Part shown: positions 36,417 to 46,494 of the stretch, piece by piece | Position numbering within the stretch: position 1 is the stretch's first letter | Layout: each line of letters begins with the position of its first letter | Origin: an uncultured Sphingomonadales bacterium | GTDB taxonomy: Bacteria; Pseudomonadota; Alphaproteobacteria; Sphingomonadales; Sphingomonadaceae | NCBI GenBank assembly: GCA_903848655.1 | Contig: CAINGT010000076.1 | Coordinates: 12,426 to 76,425, forward strand | Direction: 5' to 3' | Length of the DNA: 64,000 nucleotides | Notes under the pieces: generated by a model | Database searches by the model: none | Seen by the model: only the letters and a program-made list of their open reading frames with translations | Told to the model about the DNA's origin: nothing | Made by a program: the position numbers and the translations under genes

Positions 36417-36476
36417 AACGGGCTGGCGGTACCGCCGTCAGCCAATCTCGCTCCTGCCGCGACCGGATCGATCTGC

Positions 36477-36510
36477 AATGTGCGCGAGACTATAATGTGC
36501 GCGAGACTAT
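36477..36510. repeat. Perfect tandem duplication of the 17-mer AATGTGCGCGAGACTAT
   Basis: Copies at 36477-36493 and 36494-36510. Confidence 0.9.
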
Positions 36511-36530
36511 CTGCTTTCGCGTGCTTATTT

Positions 36531-36635
36531 TAGAGCGTGATGCAAAAAAGTGGGAACCGGTTTTTTGCAATAAATCACGCGAAAACACAGACTCTAGAGC
36601 GGAATGCGATTCAATCTAATCGCATTCCGCTCTAG
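36531..36635. repeat. CIR/RIME-type alphaproteobacterial intergenic palindromic element (MITE-like) with GANTC sites
   Basis: TAGAGCGTGATGCAAAAAAGTGGGAACCGGTTTTTTGCAATAAATCACGCGAAAACACAGACT, then a perfect 18-bp hairpin CTAGAGCGGAATGCGATT-CAATCT-AATCGCATTCCGCTCTAG (36594-36635). GACTC at 36590 and GATTC at 36608. The family name is assigned from memory. Confidence 0.75.
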
Positions 36636-37151
36636 GAGAGCGGGCACCCGAAGGGGTGCATCACGCCCTTCTGCCGGCGATAGGGCGGCAGTAACGGTAT
36701 CGGGATAGATGAAACCGAATGCCGGGGAAGGGCGCAAGCCAAGCGCGCCCGTGCGGGCAAACCATACCCGTACTTGCGACCAGTCACCCGCGTCCGACAC
36801 ATCAACCGCCATTACCCCGCGCTCGACCATGCCGGGGCGCGACCAATTGGCGTGGTTCAGCAAAACGTGGCGATCATCAAGCACACTGCTGACCACGGCG
36901 ACATGGCCCATCGGCATCGCCCGCGTGGCGCGAAACGCGATGACCGCGCCGCGACGCGGGGCAGTGCCCCGGTCATAGGCCCCTGCGGCGTTGGTCCACC
37001 AGTCGCGGGCATTTCCGGCAAGCTGCACCGCCGAATTGTGCCGCGCAAAAGCCACGCATTGGATCCGCGCCTGCACGACTGGGGGCATGGCCACCACGCT
37101 CAAGAGCGCCAACAGAGCGGCAAAAGTACGGACGATGGAATGGCGCTGCAT
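36594..37151 (-). CDS. Secreted CHAP-domain (cysteine/histidine-dependent) peptidoglycan hydrolase-like protein
   Basis: Signal-peptide-like N-terminus; IQCVAFAR, GNARDWW, GAVIAF, MGHVAVV, NHANW. Confidence 0.88.
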   Translation of the reverse strand: MQRHSIVRTFAALLALLSVVAMPPVVQARIQCVAFARHNSAVQLAGNARDWWTNAAGAYDRGTAPRRGAVIAFRATRAMPMGHVAVVSSVLDDRHVLLNHANWSRPGMVERGVMAVDVSDAGDWSQVRVWFARTGALGLRPSPAFGFIYPDTVTAALSPAEGRDAPLRVPALLERNAIRLNRIPL

Positions 37152-37282
37152 CAGATTTTTCTAGGGGGTTGCGCCGATTCGCGAACCCTGCGGGCGGCTC
37201 GCTTCGCCGTGTCCATCCCACTGCTCGTCCCGTCGCGGCAGCGCGCTTGTGGAAAACCCCAATGCCTTTATCGCGCTGCAAC

Positions 37283-37317
37283 AAAAAACGGCGCCCGGAC
37301 GCTATGTCCGGGCGCCG
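37283..37317 (-). terminator. Rho-independent terminator of glnA
   Basis: 12-bp perfect stem CGGCGCCCGGAC/GTCCGGGCGCCG with a 5-nt loop, followed on the minus strand by TTTTTT; 22 nt after the glnA stop. Confidence 0.88.
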
Positions 37318-37339
37318 CCTTACGCGCAATCTGTCGCGA

Positions 37340-38749
37340 TTAAGCGCTGTAGTACATATCGAATTCGACTGCCGACGGGGTGGTTTCCCAGCGCGACACT
37401 TCGGGCCATTTCAGTTCGATATAGGCTTCGATCTGATCCTGGGTGAACACGCCACCATCAAGCAGGAAGGCGTGGTCTGCTTCGAGTGCGTTCAGCGCCT
37501 CGCGCAAGCTGCCGCACACGGTCGGCACCAGCGACAGTTCTTCGGGCGGAAGATCGTAAAGGTTCTTGTCCATCGCTTCGCCGGGGTGAATCTTGTTCTT
37601 GATCCCGTCAAGCCCGGCCATCAGCAGCGCGGCATAAGCAAGATAGGGATTGGCCATCGCATCGGGGAAGCGGAATTCCACGCGCTTGGCTTTGGCACCG
37701 GCCCCATAAGGGATACGGCACGATGCCGAACGGTTGCGCGCCGAATACGCCAGCAGCACCGGCGCTTCATAGCCCGGCACCAGCCGCTTATAGCTGTTGG
37801 TGGTGGGGTTGGTAAACGCGTTGAGCGCTTTGGCGTGTTTGATCACGCCACCGATGAAGTACAGGCACATGTCTGACAGCCCGGCATAGCCATTACCGGC
37901 AAACAGTGGCGTGCCTTTGTCCCAGATCGAAATGTGCGTGTGCATCCCCGAGCCGTTGTCGGACTTGATCGGCTTGGGCATGAAAGTCGCCGTCTTGCCA
38001 TAAGCTTGCGCAACCTGATGCACGACATATTTGTAGATCTGCATCCGGTCGGCGGTCTGCACCAGCGTGCCGAAAGTCAGCCCGAGTTCGTGCTGCGCGG
38101 CGGCGACTTCGTGGTGATGCTTGTCGCAGGGCAGGCCCATGTCGAGCATCGTCTTGACCATTTCGCCGCGAATATCGACGAGGCTGTCGACCGGCGCGAC
38201 CGGGAAATAGCCGCCCTTGGCGCGCGGACGGTGGCCGAGATTGCCGCCGTCATAGGCTTTGCCAGTGTTGGTCGGCAATTCGATATCGTCGATGCGGAAC
38301 CCGTTGCCGTCATAGCCATCGTAGAACGTGACATCGTCGAACACGAAGAATTCGGCTTCGGGGCCGACATAGACGGTATCGCCGATCCCGGTCGATTTCA
38401 GGAACGCTTCGGCGCGCTTGGCGGTCGAACGCGGATCGCGCGAATAGAGTTCACCGGTCGAAGGTTCGACGATGTCGCAATTGATGATCAGCATGGGCGA
38501 GGCCGAGAACGGATCGATATAGACCGAATCGAGATCGGGCTTCAGGATCATGTCGGATTCGTTGATCGCCTTCCAGCCTTCGATCGATGATCCGTCGAAC
38601 ATCAGCCCGTCTTCGAGTTCATCTTCGCCGAGCACCGATGAGACCATCGTCAGATGCTGCCACTTACCCTTGGGGTCGGTGAACCGCAGATCAACCCATT
38701 CGATCTCTTCGTCTTTGATCCGGGCGAGAATGTCCGTCGCATTTGCCAT
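37340..38749 (-). CDS. glnA: Glutamine synthetase type I
   Basis: [65 protein letters not shown]. Confidence 0.98.
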   Translation of the reverse strand: MANATDILARIKDEEIEWVDLRFTDPKGKWQHLTMVSSVLGEDELEDGLMFDGSSIEGWKAINESDMILKPDLDSVYIDPFSASPMLIINCDIVEPSTGELYSRDPRSTAKRAEAFLKSTGIGDTVYVGPEAEFFVFDDVTFYDGYDGNGFRIDDIELPTNTGKAYDGGNLGHRPRAKGGYFPVAPVDSLVDIRGEMVKTMLDMGLPCDKHHHEVAAAQHELGLTFGTLVQTADRMQIYKYVVHQVAQAYGKTATFMPKPIKSDNGSGMHTHISIWDKGTPLFAGNGYAGLSDMCLYFIGGVIKHAKALNAFTNPTTNSYKRLVPGYEAPVLLAYSARNRSASCRIPYGAGAKAKRVEFRFPDAMANPYLAYAALLMAGLDGIKNKIHPGEAMDKNLYDLPPEELSLVPTVCGSLREALNALEADHAFLLDGGVFTQDQIEAYIELKWPEVSRWETTPSAVEFDMYYSA

Positions 38750-38901
38750 TGGTGATCCTTCTGGTTGCCCCGGCGCGCGGGGCGATCATAAAAGTGCGGG
38801 GTGATGGGTGGAACTGCCCCTGCTGGCCGGCCCCCGCCCTGCCAGTGGACAGACATCCCGCGCGCGCCGCCATGCCAGCGGCTAGCGGCGCGCCGGGGCG
38901 A

Positions 38902-39252
<351 letters not shown>

Positions 39253-39336
39253 CTAAAATCCGGGCCGCCCGCGCGCGCGGCGTTGGTGCCGACGCCTGAC
39301 AGTCCCGCAGGTGTTACCCGTTGTCGCCCAATCCAT

Positions 39337-39351
39337 CCAAGAATCGTGCCA
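39337..39351 (-). promoter_or_regulatory. Sigma54-like -24/-12 promoter for glnB-glnA (TGGCACGATTCTTGG)
   Basis: Matches TGGCACG-N4-TTGC with one change at -12; about 100 nt upstream of glnB. Confidence 0.6.
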
Positions 39352-39437
39352 CGTGCGATGCCGGATTTCTAGGCGATTGAAGCGCTTTGCGAAAGCCGCA
39401 AAATGCGCGGTATCTGGCGCGCGCAATGGCCTGCCCA

Positions 39438-39476
39438 TGCGCAAAATTTGCGCAAGGCCTGCTTAATAATCAGGCA
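39438..39476. promoter_or_regulatory. Tandem NtrC-like enhancer sites TGCGCAAAATTTGCGCA and TGCTTAATAATCAGGCA
   Basis: Two TGC-N11-GCA palindromes about 90-125 nt upstream of the sigma54-like promoter. Confidence 0.55.
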
Positions 39477-40312
39477 GCGGCTGCGGGCTCATAAGGCGGG
39501 CGATGCAGCCCTGCCGGGCTTTCGGTGAAAATCTCGCAGCCCTGTTCGGTAATGCCCACCGAATGTTCGAATTGTGCGGACAACGACCGGTCGCGCGTAA
39601 CGGCGGTCCAGCCGTCATCGAGCAGTTTGACCGCCGCTTTGCCCAGATTGATCATCGGCTCGATGGTAAAGATCATGCCGGGGCGCAGTTCCGGCCCGGT
39701 GCCCGCGCGCGCGGCATGGACCACTTCGGGCGCATCGTGGAACAGGCGGCCCACCCCGTGCCCGCAGAATTCGCGCACCACGCCATAGCGCTGGCGTTCG
39801 GCATGGTCTTGAATCGCTGCGCCAATATCGCCCAGCCGGGCACCGGGGCGCGCGGCTTCAATCCCGATCATCAGGCATTCATACGTCACATCGACCAGCC
39901 GCCGCGCCTTGAGCGGCACATCGCCGACAAGGAACATCCGGCTGGTATCGCCGTGCCAGCCATCAAGCAGCGGCGTGACATCGATATTGACGATATCGCC
40001 ATCGCGCAGCACGCGGTCCGAAGGAATGCCGTGGCACACCACATGGTTGATCGAAATGCAGCACGAATGGGCATAGCCGCGATAGCCGAGCGTGGCGGGC
40101 AGCGCGCCCGCCGCCAGCGTCATGTCGCGCACCACGGCATCGAGATCGGCAGTCACCGCGCCGGGCACCACCAGCGGCACCAGCGCGTCAAGGATTTCTG
40201 CCGCCAGCCGCCCGGCCTTGCGCATTCCGGCAAATCCGGCGGGGCCGTGCAGCTTGATCGTGCCGTCGCGCGGCTGCAAATCGGTTTCATCGGCGATCAC
40301 ATAGTCGGTCAT
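39470..40312 (-). CDS. map: Methionine aminopeptidase type I
   Basis: CISINHVVCHGIP, DIVNIDVT, GWHGDTSRM, CGHGVG..FH, FTIEPMIN, SAQFEHSV. Start set at ATG 40312. Confidence 0.96.
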   Translation of the reverse strand: MTDYVIADETDLQPRDGTIKLHGPAGFAGMRKAGRLAAEILDALVPLVVPGAVTADLDAVVRDMTLAAGALPATLGYRGYAHSCCISINHVVCHGIPSDRVLRDGDIVNIDVTPLLDGWHGDTSRMFLVGDVPLKARRLVDVTYECLMIGIEAARPGARLGDIGAAIQDHAERQRYGVVREFCGHGVGRLFHDAPEVVHAARAGTGPELRPGMIFTIEPMINLGKAAVKLLDDGWTAVTRDRSLSAQFEHSVGITEQGCEIFTESPAGLHRPPYEPAAAA

Positions 40313-40392
40313 GCCCGCACTGTAGCGGCGCAGCGCGCGTCTGGCGAGAGGGGGCGATTGCACTTTGCGCGCGGAGGTCTAAGTCTGGCGCG

Positions 40393-41805
40393 ATGACCGA
40401 ACGCAATGCAGTGATCGAACCGGACCGTGGGCAAGCGGCAATTGCCCTTCATCTCGTGGACAAAGCCGGATGGGACAGTCTGTTGCGCGCGCTGTCCGAA
40501 GGGCAGCGCGCGGTCTTGGCGGCCCAGAAATTTGCTGCTGCGCCCGGCGATGTGGCCATTGTGCCCGATGGCGCGGGCTGGCTGGCGTTGGGCGGGATCG
40601 AACCGCGCGCCGCGCTTGGCACGTGGTGTCTGGCGCGGTTGGCGGAAACGCTGCCGGGCGGAACGTATCGCATCGTGGCACACCCGGCGCAATCGGGCGT
40701 GCCGGGGCTGGCGGCGGCGCTGGTGGGGTGGATCGCCGCGCAATACCGGTTTGACCGCTACAAGACCGATGGGGCCAGCCCCGAACCGCGCGTGCTGTTG
40801 ACCACGGACTTGCGCGCAATTGCCCCGGCCCAGGCCGAAGCGGGCGCGATCATGCTGGTGCGCGATCTGGTCAATACCCCCGCCGAAGACATGGGCCCGG
40901 CGCAATTGGAAACCGAGGCGCGCGCGCTCGCCAAACGCCATGGCGCGGAGATCCATGTGGCCACGGGCGATGCGCTCGAACGCGATTATCCGATGGTTCA
41001 CGCGGTGGGGCGCGCCGCATCGCGCCACCATGCCCCGCGCCTGATCGAACTGGAATGGGGCGATCCGCGCCATCCGCGCGTGGGCATCATCGGCAAAGGC
41101 GTCTGCTTTGACAGCGGCGGGCTGGACTTGAAGCCGAGCGCGGGCATGGCGCTGATGAAAAAGGATATGGGCGGCGCGGCCCATGCGCTCGCGCTCGCCG
41201 GGCTGGTGATGGACCATGGCTTGCCGGTGCGGCTGCATCTGCTGATCCCGGCGGTGGAAAACGCGGTGGCGGGCAATGCCATGCGGCCGGGTGATATCTT
41301 GCGATCCCGCGCCGGGCTGTCGGTCGAAATTACCAACACCGATGCCGAAGGGCGGCTGGTGCTGGCCGATGCTTTGACGCGCGCTTGCGCGGCGGGCCCG
41401 GCGCTGCTGATCGATTTTGCCACGCTGACTGGCGCGGCGCGTGTGGCGCTTGGCCCCGATCTGCCCGCGATGTTCGCCCGCCATGACGATACCGCTGCCG
41501 CGCTGAGTGCTGCCGGGCTGGATCGCGATGATCCGGTGTGGCGGCTGCCGCTGCACCAGGCCTATCGTGACTGGTTGAAATCCGATGTCGCCGATCTGGT
41601 CAACAGCCATGCGACCGGGTTTGCCGGGGCAGTGGTGGCGGCGCTGTTCCTTGACCGGTTTGTCGGCAATGGGCTGGACTGGGTGCACTTCGATACGTTT
41701 GCCTGGCGCCCGACCGGCCTGCCGGGGCGGCCCAAAGGCGGCGAAGCGCTGGGGTTGCGCGCCGCGTGGGGGCTGTTGCTGGCGCGCTATGGCCGTGATG
41801 CTTGA
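40393..41805 (+). CDS. M17 leucyl aminopeptidase family protein (PepB-like)
   Basis: IGKGVCFDSGGLDLK, MKKDMGGAA, NTDAEGRLVLAD, DFATLTGA. Confidence 0.94.
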   Translation: MTERNAVIEPDRGQAAIALHLVDKAGWDSLLRALSEGQRAVLAAQKFAAAPGDVAIVPDGAGWLALGGIEPRAALGTWCLARLAETLPGGTYRIVAHPAQSGVPGLAAALVGWIAAQYRFDRYKTDGASPEPRVLLTTDLRAIAPAQAEAGAIMLVRDLVNTPAEDMGPAQLETEARALAKRHGAEIHVATGDALERDYPMVHAVGRAASRHHAPRLIELEWGDPRHPRVGIIGKGVCFDSGGLDLKPSAGMALMKKDMGGAAHALALAGLVMDHGLPVRLHLLIPAVENAVAGNAMRPGDILRSRAGLSVEITNTDAEGRLVLADALTRACAAGPALLIDFATLTGAARVALGPDLPAMFARHDDTAAALSAAGLDRDDPVWRLPLHQAYRDWLKSDVADLVNSHATGFAGAVVAALFLDRFVGNGLDWVHFDTFAWRPTGLPGRPKGGEALGLRAAWGLLLARYGRDA

Positions 41806-42233
41806 ACGCCATGGCCAATTCGCCTAACCGCCGCACTTTGCCGCTGCGGGATACCCGACCTTTGAGTGCTGAACTCTTGCCCGACGATCCGGCTGGACCG
41901 GACTTTGACGCTTTGACCGGGCGCGACTTTGTGCTGGCGCGCCCGTCCGAAGCGTTTGACCCGTTGCACCGCCCAGTGCGCGGTGATCTGGCGCATATCC
42001 GCTGCGCCGGGCGGATTTTCGTGCCGCATTATGCCGTACCGATGCCGCATCGCGTGGGTGCAGGCGGGGCCGCGCTGGTGCGCAGCGCTGCAGCCGATGC
42101 ACCGGTGCTGACCACGCTGGCACCGGGCGCGCGGTTCAATGTGCTCGATCTGGCGGGCGGCTGGGCTTGGGGTCAGCACGATGAGGCGGGTCTGGTCGGC
42201 TATGTGCCGATCAGCGCGCTGGAGGCGGTGTGA
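41802..42233 (+). CDS. Stand-alone bacterial SH3-like domain protein
   Basis: FDPLHRPVRGDLAH...LAPGARFNVLDLAGGWAWGQ...GLVGYVP resembles the SH3 N-half of alphaproteobacterial NlpC/P60 proteins. No catalytic domain follows. Confidence 0.7.
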   Translation: MNAMANSPNRRTLPLRDTRPLSAELLPDDPAGPDFDALTGRDFVLARPSEAFDPLHRPVRGDLAHIRCAGRIFVPHYAVPMPHRVGAGGAALVRSAAADAPVLTTLAPGARFNVLDLAGGWAWGQHDEAGLVGYVPISALEAV

Positions 42234-43159
42234 CTACTACGCTGTTTATTGATGGCGCCGCGGGGACCACCGGGCTGGAAATCGCCGCGCGGCTGGCAGG
42301 GCGCAATGAATTTGCGCTGATCGCACTCGATGATGCCCAGCGCAAAAATGTGCGCGCGCGTGCCGAAGCGCTCAATGCTGCCGATGTGGCGATCTTGTGC
42401 TTGCCCGATGATGCCGCGCGCGATGCGGTTGCACTAATTACCAATGACCGCACCCGCGTGATCGATGCATCGAGCGCGCATCGTGTTGCGCCGGGCTGGA
42501 CATATGGGTTTCCCGAAGTGGTCGGGCGCGATGCGGTGGCGGCGGCGCGGCGCGTGTCCAATCCGGGGTGCTATCCCACCGGGTTCATCGCATTGCTCGC
42601 GCCGCTCGTGCGCGCGGGGTTGCTGCCGGTGGCGTGGCCTTATGCGTGCCATGCGGTGTCGGGCTATTCGGGCGGGGGCAAAGCGCTGATCGCGCGGATG
42701 GCGCAAGAAGCGGATTTGGCGTGGCGCGGCTATGCGCTCGAATTCGGGCACAAACATGGGCCCGAAATGCAGGCTTATGCGCATCTGGCGATTGCGCCGC
42801 TGTTTTGCCCGGCGGTGGTTGCGGCCTATCGCGGCATGGTGGTCGAAGTGCCGCTGCCTCTGGCAATCATCCCCGGCGCGCCCGATCCGGCTGCTTTGCG
42901 CGCTGCGCTGGCGGCGTTCTATGCCGGATCAGCGGTGGTCAGCGTGGCCGAGGCAGCGCCCGCCAGCGGTGAGATCGTGCTGCGTGAAGGTGCGCCAGGT
43001 TGGGACGGGTTGCGGCTGCACGTGATCGCCAGCGCCGATGGCAGTCAGGCGCGGCTGATCGCCGAGCTTGATAACTTGGGCAAAGGTGCCAGTGGCGCGG
43101 CGGTGCAAAGCCTTAATCTGATGTGCGGATTGCCGGAGACGGCTGGGTTGGTGGTGTAG
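42230..43159 (+). CDS. argC: N-acetyl-gamma-glutamyl-phosphate reductase (short type)
   Basis: FIDGAAGTTGLEI, IDASSAHR, SNPGCYPTG, SGYSGGGK, DNLGKGASGAAVQ. Confidence 0.95.
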   Translation: MTTTLFIDGAAGTTGLEIAARLAGRNEFALIALDDAQRKNVRARAEALNAADVAILCLPDDAARDAVALITNDRTRVIDASSAHRVAPGWTYGFPEVVGRDAVAAARRVSNPGCYPTGFIALLAPLVRAGLLPVAWPYACHAVSGYSGGGKALIARMAQEADLAWRGYALEFGHKHGPEMQAYAHLAIAPLFCPAVVAAYRGMVVEVPLPLAIIPGAPDPAALRAALAAFYAGSAVVSVAEAAPASGEIVLREGAPGWDGLRLHVIASADGSQARLIAELDNLGKGASGAAVQSLNLMCGLPETAGLVV

Positions 43160-43187
43160 GGCGAGGGCGTGGGCTACCATCCCAGCT

Positions 43188-43206
43188 CCTCCCCCAAAGG
43201 GGGAGG
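43188..43206. repeat. REP-like hairpin CCTCCCCC-AAA-GGGGGAGG between convergent genes
   Basis: Perfect 8-bp stem of the same C-rich/G-rich type as the elements at 5713-5775 and 46495-46540. Confidence 0.6.
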
Positions 43207-43223
43207 ACCTTGATTTGCTATCG

Positions 43224-44591
43224 TCAGGGCAGGATCGGCAAAGGGGGTTTTTCTGCGGCGGGCAGCGTTGCGCCCATCGCGCGGGCCAAAGTCGGGGCGA
43301 TGGCGCGCATGTCGATTTCGCCCAGATCGCGCGCTTTGGCGATGCCGGGACCGGCGATCAGAAAGGTTGATCGCATTTCGGGCGCGGCGGGGAAATAGCC
43401 GTGCATACCTTTGGTGCCGGTTGATGGCAGCGTCAGTGGCTTGTCCCTGCCCAAATAGGGCGTGGCCACTGCGCCCAGTCGCAGATTGACATAGAACGCC
43501 GCGCGCGGGTTGCCGCCGAGCGCGGCGATGTCTGGCTCTGTCACCACTTGCGCGATGTGCGCCGCTGGGTCAGCGGCCAGCCGGTCGAGCAAAGCAGCGA
43601 CTTTGGCGCGCAAGGCGGCATCGCCGGGCCGCGCCAGCACCACGGCATAAGACCCGCCGGTTGCCCACGGAGTCGCCTCCCAGCCGGAGATCGCGCCGCT
43701 GCCATCGACCGAAATCAGCCCGGCGTCGATGAACGGGCGGAACAAATTGACTGCGGTATCGACCGGGGCAAAGCCGTGATCGCTGACCACCGCGATGACC
43801 GCATCGGGGTGGAACTGGCGCTCCACCGTGATGATATCGCCCACCAGCCCATCGATGGTTTCCAACGTGCGGTGCGCTTCGGGCGATCCGGGGCCGGTCA
43901 GATGCTGCTGATGATCGAGCGCCGTCAGATAGACGGTGAGGAAACCGGGCTGATGGTGGCGGATCAGCGATTGGGCAAAACCGGCGCGCACTTTGTCGCC
44001 GGGCAGCGTTTCGTCTTTGCCATCGGCATAACCTTCGCGGCGTTGCGCTTCGATTTCGGCGACCAGTCCGGGGGTGGCCAGCGCGCGCACCAGCTTGCGA
44101 TCATCGGCATGGCCGGTTCGCCAGATCTGCGGCAGGTTCCACGTGACATGGCCTGCCCCGACCGACACCGGCCAATGCACATTGCCGGTGGTCAGCCGCG
44201 CGCGGAACGCCGCATCCCACAGCGTATCGGCCTTGTTGTCCTGCGCATACCAGAACCAGCCATCGTCATTGATATGCAGCGGGTCGAACGTGGTATTGGC
44301 CACGATGCCGTGGCGGGCGGGGGATTGACCCGTCATCAGCGTGGTGTGGCTGGGATATGTCAGCGTCGGCAGCACGCCGATCACGCCCGTGGCATAAGCG
44401 CCGGTGGTCAGAAATGCGGTCAGATTGGGCAAATCCAGCCCGCGCTGGCGCGCATTGATGACATCGCCGGGGCGCAACCCGTCAATCGAGATCAGCAGGA
44501 CCGGCCGCGCCAGCGCGGGCAGCGGCATCAGCGCCAGCAGGCTGGCGATGATCGTTGCGAAAACCGCGCTAAGCCCGAACCGCTGTGCCAT
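43224..44591 (-). CDS. Secreted alkaline phosphatase superfamily nucleotide pyrophosphatase/phosphodiesterase
   Basis: Signal peptide; LLISIDGLR, PTLTYPSHTTLMTG, LDHQQH, VSDHGF, GMHGY. Confidence 0.9.
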   Translation of the reverse strand: MAQRFGLSAVFATIIASLLALMPLPALARPVLLISIDGLRPGDVINARQRGLDLPNLTAFLTTGAYATGVIGVLPTLTYPSHTTLMTGQSPARHGIVANTTFDPLHINDDGWFWYAQDNKADTLWDAAFRARLTTGNVHWPVSVGAGHVTWNLPQIWRTGHADDRKLVRALATPGLVAEIEAQRREGYADGKDETLPGDKVRAGFAQSLIRHHQPGFLTVYLTALDHQQHLTGPGSPEAHRTLETIDGLVGDIITVERQFHPDAVIAVVSDHGFAPVDTAVNLFRPFIDAGLISVDGSGAISGWEATPWATGGSYAVVLARPGDAALRAKVAALLDRLAADPAAHIAQVVTEPDIAALGGNPRAAFYVNLRLGAVATPYLGRDKPLTLPSTGTKGMHGYFPAAPEMRSTFLIAGPGIAKARDLGEIDMRAIAPTLARAMGATLPAAEKPPLPILP

Positions 44592-44615
44592 GATTGCCTC
44601 CCCTACCCGATCCGC

Positions 44616-44933
44616 TCAATCTTCTGGTGCGATAGTCACGATCAGCCCGTCGAGCGCGTCGGTGATCGGCAATTGGCACGACAGGCGTGATTGGGCCGAC
44701 CGGTGGTCGGAACTGTCGAGCAGATCGTTTTCATCTTCGCTCAACTTGGCCAGCTTGTCGGCAAACGCCGGATCGACATAGACGTGGCACGTCGCGCACG
44801 AACAGCACCCGCCGCACAGCGCCAGCAATTCGTCAAAGCCGTTGTCGCGGATCGCTTCCATCACGGTGGTGCCGGTGGTGGCGGTGATGGTGCTGGCTTC
44901 GCCCGCGCGGTTGATCACTGTCAGCTTCGGCAT
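44616..44933 (-). CDS. 2Fe-2S ferredoxin (adrenodoxin/putidaredoxin type)
   Basis: [14 protein letters not shown]...SRLSCQ. Start set at ATG 44933. Confidence 0.95.
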   Translation of the reverse strand: MPKLTVINRAGEASTITATTGTTVMEAIRDNGFDELLALCGGCCSCATCHVYVDPAFADKLAKLSEDENDLLDSSDHRSAQSRLSCQLPITDALDGLIVTIAPED

Positions 44934-45045
44934 TGTCCCCAAACTCCCTCGTCATGCGCATCTGTCGTCTGTCGGAGGCGGCTGCTATCGCCCGCGTGTG
45001 ACTTTGGCAAGACTCACCCTTATACGGGGCGAAAAGGATGGGCGG

Positions 45046-45663
45046 ATGGGGCTGAATGTCGAACAGATTCGCGATGGGCTGGACCACGCCGGGCGGATCA
45101 GCGCGCCCTTGGCCGAGGCGATCACCCGCGTCGGCTATCCCGAACCGCGCTTGCGCGCGCGCGGCTGGATCACGCTGTTGCGCACGATTGTCGGCCAACA
45201 AGTCAGCGTGGCAGCCGCTGCGTCGGTCTGGGCGCGGATTGAGGCTTTGCTGGGCCCTGAAATCACCCCCGCTGCGGTGCTGGCGGCCAGCGCCGATGAT
45301 TTGCGCGGCTGCGGCCTGTCGCGGCAGAAGCAGAGCTATGCGTGGTCGTTGTGCGACAAAGTGGTGGCGGGCGACATCGATTTTGACGATCTGCCCGCCG
45401 ATGACGAAGCGGCCATCGCGCTGCTGACCGCAATCAAGGGGATTGGCCGCTGGTCGGCGGAAATCTATCTGCTGTTTGCCGAAGGCCGCGCCGATATCTG
45501 GCCCGCCGGGGACTTGGCCGTGCAGGCTGGCCTTGCACGGTTGCTGGCGCTCGACACGCGGCCCGATGAACGCACCACCCGCGCGCTGGCGGAGAGCTGG
45601 CGGCCGCATCGCGGCGCGGTGGCGATCTTTACCTGGCATTGTTATAATAATCCCGCTTTGTGA
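45046..45663 (+). CDS. alkA: DNA-3-methyladenine glycosylase II family (HhH-GPD)
   Basis: LLRTIVGQQVSVAAA, GLSRQK, LTAIKGIGRWSAEIY, WPAGDLAV, WRPHRG. Start set at ATG 45046. Confidence 0.88.
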   Translation: MGLNVEQIRDGLDHAGRISAPLAEAITRVGYPEPRLRARGWITLLRTIVGQQVSVAAAASVWARIEALLGPEITPAAVLAASADDLRGCGLSRQKQSYAWSLCDKVVAGDIDFDDLPADDEAAIALLTAIKGIGRWSAEIYLLFAEGRADIWPAGDLAVQAGLARLLALDTRPDERTTRALAESWRPHRGAVAIFTWHCYNNPAL

Positions 45664-45678
45664 CAGGACGCTTTGATA

Positions 45679-46476
45679 ATGACACAGACACGCGCAATTT
45701 TCATCTCTGGCGGCGGATCGGGGATCGGGCGCGCGGTGGCGCAAAAGTTCGGGCAAGCGGGCTGGCAGGTTGGGATCGGCGATATCAGCGCGGCGGGAAT
45801 GGCCGAAACGCGCGCCCTGCTGCCCTCAGGACGCTGCTTTACGGTATCGCTCGATGTGCGCGACCGGGCGCAGTGGGATCAGGCGCTGGCGGCTTTTGCC
45901 GAGGTTGCGGGCGGCATCGATGTCGTGTTCAACAATGCCGGTATCCCGCTCGGCGGGCCGCTCATCGCGCAGACGGCGGACGAGATCGAACGCACGCTCG
46001 ATATCAATCTCAAAGGCGTGATCTTTGGCGCGCAAGCCGCGTGGCCATGGCTGAAGGCGCGCGCGCCGGGATCGTGCCTGCTCAATACCGCCAGCGCGGC
46101 GGGGATCTATGGCGTGGCGGGCGCGGCGGTCTATGCCGCAACCAAGTTCGGGGTGCGCGCCTTGACCGAATCGCTCGATGGCGAATGGGCGGCTGACGGG
46201 ATCGCGGTGCGCGATCTGATGCCGGGGTTCATCGAAACCCCGCTGCTCGCGATGGCCCCCAACCGCGCCAGCAATGAATTGATCCGCGACCGCGTGCTTG
46301 CCGCCGGGCTGGAAATCACCCCCGCCAGCGCGGTGGCCGATGCGGCCTGGAGCGCGGTGCATGGCGACCGGCTGCACACGCTGGTCGGCAAGACCGCCCA
46401 TTCCGCGCAGCTGTTCGCGCGGTTCCTGCCCGGCGCGATGCGCCGCCGCAACCGCCGCCCCAACCGCCCGCTGTAA
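45679..46476 (+). CDS. Short-chain dehydrogenase/reductase
   Basis: ISGGGSGIG, FNNAGI, NTASAAG, YAATK. Confidence 0.93.
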   Translation: MTQTRAIFISGGGSGIGRAVAQKFGQAGWQVGIGDISAAGMAETRALLPSGRCFTVSLDVRDRAQWDQALAAFAEVAGGIDVVFNNAGIPLGGPLIAQTADEIERTLDINLKGVIFGAQAAWPWLKARAPGSCLLNTASAAGIYGVAGAAVYAATKFGVRALTESLDGEWAADGIAVRDLMPGFIETPLLAMAPNRASNELIRDRVLAAGLEITPASAVADAAWSAVHGDRLHTLVGKTAHSAQLFARFLPGAMRRRNRRPNRPL

Positions 46477-46494
46477 TACGTTCAACCCGAATCT

